Positions 1-8,202 of a stretch of DNA of 61,677 nucleotides are shown here, in pieces. The notes under the pieces are model-generated. The model made no database searches. It was not told where the DNA came from and saw only the letters and a list, made by a program, of their open reading frames with translations. The translations under genes and the position numbers were made by a program. The DNA is from a virus (lineage: Duplodnaviria; Caudoviricetes). Within the stretch, counting starts at the first letter, position 1; each line of letters starts with the position of its first letter. The DNA lies in IMG/VR virus record IMGVR_UViG_3300038327_000229, positions 1 through 61,677 of that record; one strand, 5' to 3'.

Positions 1-3000
1 ATAGAACGGGCGAATAAACTGAAAGCCGAGCAAGATCTCCTGACTCCAGAGGAGAAGGCAGCACAGAGGGCAAGCGAACGCGATCTTGTGGCCGAACATC
101 GCGAAAGGGTTAAGCGTGGCGAGGCTCTTCCGGAAATAGAGCAGCTGCGGCAACATAAGAAAAGACGACGAGAAGCGCAACAAGCCGCAGCCCAACAAGC
201 CGCAGCCCAACAAGCCGCAGGAGAGCAAGTCGCAGTGCAAAAAGCTGCAGCCGAGAAAGAGCTAGCCAAGAAAGCCGCAGCAAGCGCAAAGCGAACAGCA
301 ACAACAGCTACGGCAGCTACAGCGCGACAGGCTGGCTCAGTGGGAGCCTCATCAAGTTCCCCAGCCAGTGTGCAACAGGCTAGCTCAACAAGAACTTCAT
401 CTTCCCCAGCCTCACCGAGCTCACCAAGAGTAGTAGACAATCGAACTCCAGTAGCTGAACTTCCTATAGTAGATAGACAAAAAGCCTTACGGCAAAGACT
501 CAACAGTCTCGGTCGTGGATCCTCATCAAATCCGCTTAGATTTCTCTTTGATACTGAAGCAACAGATGTAGGATTCGCGCATAGAGAGAGGATCATAAAC
601 AAGGGCAAACTTGTAAAATATACTGGAAGAGATGGAGATCTGGGTACTAGGAGTGGGAATAAACCTATCATTCATGGGCAAACACAGTCTCAGAGAGCAG
701 TAGGAACTCAGATGCTACAGTTCTACGGAGGAACTGCTGATGAGATAGCAAACCAGACAGACACTATTTTTCAGAGACATATGGAGTTAGACATCCCTGA
801 CGCGATAAAAAGGGATCTAGGCAAGAGTCTTAGTTTTGATCTTCACGGCCGTGACGGCGAGGTTAAAAATACCTTTAACGCAGAACAAATACATCGAATC
901 ATGACTGACTCCAGTGACAGTCTTAGTGCTGACGATCTAGCAGCCAGAAAGGCGATGGGAGACCCAGGGGGACCTCAAGGAAAATTTCATATAACAGACC
1001 CAAAAGTATTAAAGAATATTACAGCAAGCAGATTGACAAATCCCACGGCCGGAATGGCCGGCGTTGGAGTTAATCTTGTAAACCATACTCTCAATCAAGT
1101 CGTAGGTAGAAGCGTATTTGAATCGAAGTATGGTCGTCCGGATACAGCTAGCTCTCAAAAGTTTGTCCAAGACTTTTTGAATAGAATGGTAAAGCTCCAG
1201 AAAGATGCTCCGGAAGGCGTCAGGCCACAAATAGAAGCATGGAATATTAACTATGACTTGATAAAAGCAGCAGAGCAAGTCGACATGTATGGGAAAGATT
1301 TAAAAATTGGGTTCCAGAATAAAATGCAATCTGCTAAAGATGTATTTAAGGCCCTATTCATTGGAACCGATGCACATAGCGCCGACTATCTAATAAAAGC
1401 AGTTGACGCAGCGGACAAAATAAAGGAAATAAGTTTTTGGAGATTAATAAACGATAATCAATATAATGTCCATAGTATAAATCACGAAGAGGTTGCAGCT
1501 GCGTTAGAAAACGGCCAAACAAAAGCACAGATACAGGACGCCGGAATAGAAGAGTTAAGGACTTCTAAAACTGGAGTTAAGACTAAATATATAAATCGCA
1601 ATACTGCGCTAAGAAAATTAGCTGATGATGTTGGAGGACAGAAGAACAGAGCGGCGCTAGCGGATGAATTTTATAATCGAATTTACGAAGGCGAAACTTA
1701 TAGTCGTAATGAGATTGAATCACACAAGAAAGGGAGAATAGGGCAGATAGTCGACGATGCAGTATCTATGACCCTAAAAATTAGGGAATCCTCTATCTCT
1801 CGAGACGGCAATATGATCGAAGCGTTGAGAAGGGGATCGAATTTATTGGCTAGTCAAGATGGTGGTGTGGATATCGCCAATAGAATATGGAGACCTACAG
1901 CAAAAACTTCCGGAATAATGGGTTTCGGGGTGGGTAAAGACGCCGAGTTCGCAGAAGGAACCGTCAAACAAATGATGTACGTGCTTGATAATTCTACGGG
2001 ATTTGATGGCGTTGGTGGATTCTCTCAAGGTGGATCGGGTAGAACAGTGGCGACCGGAAAGGGTGGAGCTATAGGGTCTCTGATATACGCTAAAGAGACA
2101 TACATGGAGACACATTCCGATAGCCAGCTATCTAATCATATGCGTGGATTATTCGAGAAGATAGATAAGGCAAGCAGGATAGGAGGGGCTGCCCACGATG
2201 CGAGTATAGATACTCGTCAAATGCACGCTATGATCAGCAGTGGAGGTATACTCGACGATATGGGGACACACGGGGCAACTACTGATATGATCGAGTTTAA
2301 CGGGATACTTACCGATGCTCGAGCTGCAGCAAGCTTTGAGGCAGGTGTAGATAGGTGGATGGTCAATGCCGACTTTGCTCCGCAAGGAAGCGGCGCTTCA
2401 GGAACAAGTAGCAATATACTCCAGGAAATTATTCCGGAGCCGCAAACAGCTGCTAATGCTGGCGACTTCTCAGGCAGAGGGCCACTGAATAGCGTAGAGC
2501 CTTTGGCGGGCAGACCTCGTGGATTAAAGGGAAGAGGAGGTGTTCTTGCCGGCGGCATATTGACGCTTGCAGGCTTAGCTCTTGTCGGCAATAGGAATGG
2601 TGGAATAAAACAGCCTGGGTCACAGTATAACTCGATTGAAGGAATGTCTCCTTCAGGAGATCCGCTTATCCATTCCTTTGGTTCAGGTAATGATAGCTTT
2701 GCTTCTCAGGCTATAACTAATTTAAAATACGGGACCGGATATGGTAGCAACACTCTTAGATCGTCCATGCTGGGTTATCGTGGAGACCGACTCAGGGACA
2801 TTCTGTTAGGTAGATCTTCTTTTGACGATTATACAAATTCTTCTGAGAAGGGCACCCTTGTACATAGTATCATAGAGGCAGAGTATTTAAAAAGAGACAT
2901 AGCCCAGTCTAGCGAGCATGTTGTACATAGCCCCGAGCTAGACGTAATGGGTCACATCGACTTGGTCTTGAACTCAGGAGTCCCTCTAGAGATAAAGTCT

Positions 3001-3588
3001 GTTGAAGATTTTGAAGCATTGGAAAACCTTAAGTCCCCCAAAGATGCGCACGTCTCACAGGCTAATTTCTATGCATATGCCCTGAAGCAGCCATACGCAT
3101 TAATTGGGTATGCTGCGAGAAATGATCCTAAAGGTAAAATAAAATATTTTAAAGTAAATACTGATATAAAGCGTGTGAGAGATGATGTTGAAGCCGTAAG
3201 AAGAATGATGGCAGACTTACGACGTCAAGGTTATAACACACAAAACTATTCTGCATATCAAGCAATGAAGGACGCGCGCTCTAGATTCACCCAAAATAAA
3301 TATCAGCAGAATGCTGCAGGCGCAGGTGCAGGGTTACCATCGGGGATGATCCCAGCGCCAGAAGACTATGGAGGGCATTCCGCTATAAAAGGACTAGGCG
3401 ATTATGGTAAATGGATGAAGAAGCTAGGATGGAGGCAAGAGAACAAGACACATCTCACTAATACACAGCAGTTTAAAAGCAAATCTAGGATAAGAGATCA
3501 GGGAAAACACGCAGCGTTGCATAGCAATGATGCGTTAAAATATAACGCACGTATCAGTCACCCTAATGGGTCTAGGCAAATAGCATAG
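1..3588 (+). CDS. Giant multidomain protein, 5'-truncated: low-complexity N-region, DEDDh/DnaQ-like exonuclease motifs, hydrophobic helix, PD-(D/E)xK (Cas4/RecB-like) nuclease
   Basis: Frame 1 has no stop from base 1, so the GTG at 88 is probably internal. Exonuclease motifs: FLFDTEAT (ExoI, 541-564), EAWNINYD (ExoII, ~1234-1257), AHDASID (ExoIII, ~2191-2211). Hydrophobic GGVLAGGILTLAGLALVG (~2536-2589). Nuclease motifs: GTLVHSIIE, GHIDLV, LEIKS, QANFY (2851-3072). Confidence 0.75.
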   Translation: MERANKLKAEQDLLTPEEKAAQRASERDLVAEHRERVKRGEALPEIEQLRQHKKRRREAQQAAAQQAAAQQAAGEQVAVQKAAAEKELAKKAAASAKRTATTATAATARQAGSVGASSSSPASVQQASSTRTSSSPASPSSPRVVDNRTPVAELPIVDRQKALRQRLNSLGRGSSSNPLRFLFDTEATDVGFAHRERIINKGKLVKYTGRDGDLGTRSGNKPIIHGQTQSQRAVGTQMLQFYGGTADEIANQTDTIFQRHMELDIPDAIKRDLGKSLSFDLHGRDGEVKNTFNAEQIHRIMTDSSDSLSADDLAARKAMGDPGGPQGKFHITDPKVLKNITASRLTNPTAGMAGVGVNLVNHTLNQVVGRSVFESKYGRPDTASSQKFVQDFLNRMVKLQKDAPEGVRPQIEAWNINYDLIKAAEQVDMYGKDLKIGFQNKMQSAKDVFKALFIGTDAHSADYLIKAVDAADKIKEISFWRLINDNQYNVHSINHEEVAAALENGQTKAQIQDAGIEELRTSKTGVKTKYINRNTALRKLADDVGGQKNRAALADEFYNRIYEGETYSRNEIESHKKGRIGQIVDDAVSMTLKIRESSISRDGNMIEALRRGSNLLASQDGGVDIANRIWRPTAKTSGIMGFGVGKDAEFAEGTVKQMMYVLDNSTGFDGVGGFSQGGSGRTVATGKGGAIGSLIYAKETYMETHSDSQLSNHMRGLFEKIDKASRIGGAAHDASIDTRQMHAMISSGGILDDMGTHGATTDMIEFNGILTDARAAASFEAGVDRWMVNADFAPQGSGASGTSSNILQEIIPEPQTAANAGDFSGRGPLNSVEPLAGRPRGLKGRGGVLAGGILTLAGLALVGNRNGGIKQPGSQYNSIEGMSPSGDPLIHSFGSGNDSFASQAITNLKYGTGYGSNTLRSSMLGYRGDRLRDILLGRSSFDDYTNSSEKGTLVHSIIEAEYLKRDIAQSSEHVVHSPELDVMGHIDLVLNSGVPLEIKSVEDFEALENLKSPKDAHVSQANFYAYALKQPYALIGYAARNDPKGKIKYFKVNTDIKRVRDDVEAVRRMMADLRRQGYNTQNYSAYQAMKDARSRFTQNKYQQNAAGAGAGLPSGMIPAPEDYGGHSAIKGLGDYGKWMKKLGWRQENKTHLTNTQQFKSKSRIRDQGKHAALHSNDALKYNARISHPNGSRQIA
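178..222 (+). repeat. Tandem 15-bp repeat x3 (caacaagccgcagcc) encoding QQAAA
   Basis: Seen directly; in-frame with the first CDS; the third copy ends in gga. Confidence 0.9.
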
Positions 3589-3597
3589 GAGGATAAA

Positions 3598-4152
3598 ATG
3601 GGACTACCAGGGTTGATCCAAAAATATGGCGGCCAAAAAATGGGGAGCTTCTTAACGAATATAGCCGATGACATTAACCCGATTCGATTACATGCGGGAA
3701 ACATGGCTCAAAAGGATCCAGATTTATATGGTCAGGCGAGAGGTGTAAAAGATCTAGTCAAACAAGGAATGAATCCTGACTCACCCAATGCGATGACCTT
3801 GTCTCAATACTTCAAAGGGAAGAAGATAGGTGCTAGGCTTTCAGAAGATCCAAAAACTCCGACAAGTTTTAGCGGATTCGTCGATGAAGAAGCTGATGCG
3901 ATCAGAGCATCAACAAGAACAGTCGCAGCTGGAACAATCGCTGCATTCGGATTAGCACCTATGGTTCTAGGTGAAGATAATTTTGTTAGTAGAACTATAG
4001 GAGCAGGGGCTACTGCTGGTATGCATATGGGTATAACAGCAGCAGCACTAAGATCTGGTAAAGGCAGTACTGCAGCAATGTTTGGTGTAGGCTACGGTGG
4101 ATTAGCTGCAGTAAACGCGATAAGGTCCGGCGATAATTTCGGCCCATTCTAG
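3598..4152 (+). CDS. Gly/Ala-rich protein with C-terminal hydrophobic helices (putative internal virion/membrane protein)
   Basis: Strong SD (aggagg) upstream; segments VAAGTIAAFGLAPMVLG and AAMFGVGYGGLAAVNAI. Confidence 0.6.
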   Translation: MGLPGLIQKYGGQKMGSFLTNIADDINPIRLHAGNMAQKDPDLYGQARGVKDLVKQGMNPDSPNAMTLSQYFKGKKIGARLSEDPKTPTSFSGFVDEEADAIRASTRTVAAGTIAAFGLAPMVLGEDNFVSRTIGAGATAGMHMGITAAALRSGKGSTAAMFGVGYGGLAAVNAIRSGDNFGPF

Positions 4153-4165
4153 ATAGGAAAATATT

Positions 4166-5401
4166 ATGTCTCTTGGGGGATTATTTTTGGGGGGTATGTT
4201 TTCTTCAGTTGCTAGGGTGACGAGAAACGCAGCGGCTGGCGCGAGGCAATACAGTAGGGCAAGACATGCAGCAGGTAGGGTCCGTACTAACCTGAATGCT
4301 GAAAACGCAGCTTTAGGACCACTGTCATCGAGAAGAGGTAGGCGTGGAGTTCGAGGAGCGCTAGATAGCGTACGGAACTCTCAGGCTCGCGGCCATAGAT
4401 CGCTAAATACTGCACATGATGATATAACAGCAGGGGTAGGTGGATTCGATAAAGGTACAAAGGCTGGAATGACCATGGGTCATCAGTTGACTAAGCTTGC
4501 TGCCATAGGTATTGGCGCGACTGCTGCTAATAAAAGTATATCATCATGGCAGGATGCATTTGGTGATAAGCAATCTGGCTTCACTAATTTTATGGCAGGC
4601 TTAACTAAATTTGGTATAACTGCTGCTGCGGGTGTTACAGGAGTAACTGCTATTGGCAGAACTGCGATATTGGCAAGCGGAAGATTCAGTAGTAAGACTG
4701 GTGGAGCCGCTGCAGTAAGCCGAATTAGAGATAGTATAAAAGGTGCAGCCTCGTCAGCGGACGATATGGCTCTGCTTGGCTCTGCATCTGGTTCTATAGG
4801 AAGATTAAGAAGGGTTAGGGCTGGAACGCGTAGAACATCTGCAGGTCGTCTAGCTCATCGTATGGGGGGACCCAATGCCTATCAGGGACTGCCAAGGCCA
4901 ACAGTAGGAGGAATGGGTGATTTGAGGAGTAGAGTTCAATCTCATAATAGACTCCTAAGCTCAGCCCAGCCTCTAGGCCGCCAAGCCAGAGAGGCAGTTA
5001 GGCGCGAGACGAGGATAGGCAATAAAGCTGCAAGGGCTGAAACTAGATTAGCGAAGAATGAAGAAAAGATAAGGATGTCGCACTCAATGAAGACTGCCAA
5101 GAATTTTGGCGCCTTTAAAAGTATACTATGGCCAGTGGGGAAATTTCCATTCGTGGCAGCGGGTGCTATGGTCGGACGTGGGTCTGTCTGGGGAAAAATA
5201 GATCCTACGATGACATATATGGGTGGAGCTATGGCTGCAGGAACATTAAGTGGTTTAGGCGTTGGAACGGCCGTAGGTATAGGATCTATCAAAAGAGGAA
5301 ATCTAAGAAGGACGCAAGAGGCGAGACCTCGGCCTCAAGAGAGAAGCTTCAGCAATATAAATTACAATGCAACACTCCATGCGCATAGAATGAATATGTA
5401 A
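4166..5401 (+). CDS. Very basic Arg/Gly/Ala-rich protein with hydrophobic segments (putative virion core/ejection protein)
   Basis: 411-aa ORF with SD (agga); Arg clusters (SSRRGRRGVRG, RLRRVRAGTRR) alternate with Gly-rich hydrophobic stretches. Function is inferred. Confidence 0.55.
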   Translation: MSLGGLFLGGMFSSVARVTRNAAAGARQYSRARHAAGRVRTNLNAENAALGPLSSRRGRRGVRGALDSVRNSQARGHRSLNTAHDDITAGVGGFDKGTKAGMTMGHQLTKLAAIGIGATAANKSISSWQDAFGDKQSGFTNFMAGLTKFGITAAAGVTGVTAIGRTAILASGRFSSKTGGAAAVSRIRDSIKGAASSADDMALLGSASGSIGRLRRVRAGTRRTSAGRLAHRMGGPNAYQGLPRPTVGGMGDLRSRVQSHNRLLSSAQPLGRQAREAVRRETRIGNKAARAETRLAKNEEKIRMSHSMKTAKNFGAFKSILWPVGKFPFVAAGAMVGRGSVWGKIDPTMTYMGGAMAAGTLSGLGVGTAVGIGSIKRGNLRRTQEARPRPQERSFSNINYNATLHAHRMNM

Positions 5402-5402
5402 T

Positions 5403-6170
5403 ATGCAATATAACCGACCAATAGATTCTCATGGATTCCAATTCATATCAACTGCATCTGACCATGAAAATATTGGTATAGGCAATTTAGTTGCCGACGT
5501 AACTCTGGCAATAACCATGGAGAGTCTTGGCGCCGGGCTCATAGGTAGACAAGGTATGGGCTCAGGGGGTAGGCCTCTGATGGGCATGATTCCTGGGATC
5601 TCGCCAGCAGGCTTTGAGAAGGGCGCCGGAAGATCTCTTCTAGAGTCAATAAATATAAGGGCAGGGACATGGAGGGGTACTCCTGGGTGGGGCCAGGGTG
5701 GTGGAGTACAAGGAGTTGTTACTGGATTTTCCCCGACCCATACTAATGTACAGCGTGTTTCATTAATACCAGGAGTCAGCGTCACTGGAAAGGGTGGTGA
5801 AAAGGCCTTACTTAACGCGTATAACGCAACTGCTGGTAGTCATAGGGGCCTTTGGGATACAATTGCCAGACCTAGAGATATAGCCAAAATGGGCTTTGGC
5901 TTGGGTCTTAAATCCTTATCCTCTGCATGGTTAATAAATGATCTCTTTGGTATGGGTTTTTCTGCTGCAAGTGGAGCGATACAAGGAATGTCTACATACT
6001 CTTATGACAGAAGGAACCAGGAGACGCCCGCGGAACATGACCTTGGTGACGGCTTCGCTCAGACAAGAGCGAGCTTCACACAAAGGCAAACTGCCATGGC
6101 CGCTATCCATAACTCACAAATGAACACCAGAGCAGCAATGGGTAACGAAGCGACGTTCATGCATGCCTGA
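5403..6170 (+). CDS. Gly-rich hypothetical protein (putative internal virion protein)
   Basis: 255-aa ORF starting 1 nt after the previous stop and overlapping the terminase start; Gly-rich hydrophobic segments. Confidence 0.55.
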   Translation: MQYNRPIDSHGFQFISTASDHENIGIGNLVADVTLAITMESLGAGLIGRQGMGSGGRPLMGMIPGISPAGFEKGAGRSLLESINIRAGTWRGTPGWGQGGGVQGVVTGFSPTHTNVQRVSLIPGVSVTGKGGEKALLNAYNATAGSHRGLWDTIARPRDIAKMGFGLGLKSLSSAWLINDLFGMGFSAASGAIQGMSTYSYDRRNQETPAEHDLGDGFAQTRASFTQRQTAMAAIHNSQMNTRAAMGNEATFMHA

Positions 6171-8202
6171 TAAAAAGAAGAATGAGATTAGGATTGAGGG
6201 CGAAAAGCCCATTAAAATAGGCATTGATTTTGGTGAAAAATATAGGCCAATGGATGACTATAAGGGATCCGACTATAAGCCTATGCTTGGTCGAGATTGT
6301 CATTTCTGCAGAAAGTGTATAGACTACTATCAAGATATGCATAGCAAGGGCTTTACTTCCGAACCATTTATACCTGCCTGTGACGGCGATTACCGACAGC
6401 TAGCTAAGAAGATGAAAAATCAAGGCTTATCTGACGAAGAGTTCGAGAACTATAAAATGCTACAAGATCCAGTTGCTTGGGCTAAGTTTGAATTTGACTG
6501 GGAGGCTAGATGGTATCAGAAAGAGGTCATGCGATGTTCATCTCAGTTTAAAGCCATTCGCGCAGGACGTCGTGTCGGCAAAACTGAAGCGATGAGTGTT
6601 CTTGCTCTTTGGAAATTGTTTACTAACGGCGGCCTTACTGATAGGCAGTTTGAAATACTTGTGCTTGCGCCATATCAGCCCCAAGTTGCAAAGATATTTG
6701 ATACTATGCGTGATTTTATAGGCAGATCCTCTACACTAAATATGCCAGGCATGATTAAGAGGAATGTCCTCAACCCACAAATGATTGAATTCAGCTCAGG
6801 TGGAGTTATTCGAGGCTGGTCTTCTGGTGCACATTCGGGCGCAAAATCCGATAAGGTTCGTGGTCAGGACGCAGATTTTATTATCATGGACGAAGTTGAT
6901 TATATCAATGACAGCGACATCGAAGTGATCATGGCGATAATGGCTTCTCACCCGACTTGCGAACTCATCGTCTCATCTACGCCTACTGGAATACGTAAAA
7001 AACTATATAACTGGTGTTGTGACAAGAGTCAAGGCTTTAAGGAGTTCTGGTTTATATCTGCGGAATCTCCTAGTTGGACTCCAAAAGTAGATCATATGTT
7101 TAAGCAGAACTACTCAAAGACTGGATACGAACGAGAGTTTCTTGCTGAGTTTGGTGACGAAGCTGAGGGTGTGTTTAGAAGCGAGGACGTTAACGCGTGC
7201 CTGGCTGACTACACTTATGAAGATTGCATCCCGCACGCAGAGTCTAAGTATGTTATAGGAGTAGACTGGGGTAAGACTACAGGTACGCACATAGTTGTTA
7301 CTGAGGCCATGAACGTAGATGGTCGACTCATGTATAAAACAGTAGACAAACATATAATACGAACTCAGGAATTTCAACAGATAGAAGCTATTAAGAAAAT
7401 AATGGAGCTTGACAAAGTATGGGGTAATCAAACTGCATACATCTATGTAGATGCTGGCTATGGACACGTCCAAGTTGAGATGATGTGGAAATATGACATG
7501 GATTATCCTAACGAACACACCAACTATAAAGAGCGTGTCAAGCCCATGACTATGAACTCTAATATAGAGATAACCGATCCAGTCAGCGGTATGCCTATCA
7601 AGAAACCAGTAAAACAGTTTATGGTAGATGCGTCATGTCGAACAATGGAGATGAAGCAGGTATTAATGCCTGTAGATGAAGATACGACCACAAGGATCGT
7701 ACCTAGCGAGATACCCTTCGCCAACATAGGTATTGTCCAACAGATAAGAGCATTCAAGATAGTTAAGTATAGTCCAAGCGGCGTACCTACGTATTCTCAA
7801 GACTATGAGCACACTGTTACCGCATGGATGCTATGTATTATGGGTCATATTTTAGAGTTTAGTGATATAAAAAAGATAGAACACGTTATGGATATTGCTT
7901 ATTCTATTGGTGTAGGTAGTGACCATGATAACGACTCACCATTTCCTGAGTTGAGTAATATCACTGAGCGTCAAATAGATTTAGAAGAGGCGAAGAAATT
8001 TAGTAAGAAAATGCAAAAAGATCTAAAGCCAGAGAAAAGGACAGATGAAGATAAAGAAACATTAGTAGGAGGAAACGACATAGGAGTGTATGTCGCTAGG
8101 AGACAGGCCACTAACAGATCTAGAGGAGATTCAGTTCAAGGTAGAACAAGATATCACGGTAACACTCCTAGGGGCAACCGGTTTGGTCGAGGTAACATCT
8201 GA
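6163..8202 (+). CDS. terL: Terminase large subunit
   Basis: Walker A AGRRVGKT, Walker B FIIMDEVD, coupling motif VSSTPTG, REFLAEF linker, RNase-H-like IGVDWG and YVDAGYG; upstream of portal. Confidence 0.95.
   Translation: MPDKKKNEIRIEGEKPIKIGIDFGEKYRPMDDYKGSDYKPMLGRDCHFCRKCIDYYQDMHSKGFTSEPFIPACDGDYRQLAKKMKNQGLSDEEFENYKMLQDPVAWAKFEFDWEARWYQKEVMRCSSQFKAIRAGRRVGKTEAMSVLALWKLFTNGGLTDRQFEILVLAPYQPQVAKIFDTMRDFIGRSSTLNMPGMIKRNVLNPQMIEFSSGGVIRGWSSGAHSGAKSDKVRGQDADFIIMDEVDYINDSDIEVIMAIMASHPTCELIVSSTPTGIRKKLYNWCCDKSQGFKEFWFISAESPSWTPKVDHMFKQNYSKTGYEREFLAEFGDEAEGVFRSEDVNACLADYTYEDCIPHAESKYVIGVDWGKTTGTHIVVTEAMNVDGRLMYKTVDKHIIRTQEFQQIEAIKKIMELDKVWGNQTAYIYVDAGYGHVQVEMMWKYDMDYPNEHTNYKERVKPMTMNSNIEITDPVSGMPIKKPVKQFMVDASCRTMEMKQVLMPVDEDTTTRIVPSEIPFANIGIVQQIRAFKIVKYSPSGVPTYSQDYEHTVTAWMLCIMGHILEFSDIKKIEHVMDIAYSIGVGSDHDNDSPFPELSNITERQIDLEEAKKFSKKMQKDLKPEKRTDEDKETLVGGNDIGVYVARRQATNRSRGDSVQGRTRYHGNTPRGNRFGRGNI

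Noticed and set aside
2821-3240. Cas4-like domain as evidence of a CRISPR-Cas system
   Set aside because: No repeat-spacer array, no other cas genes and no Fe-S cysteines; PD-(D/E)xK nucleases are common in phages.
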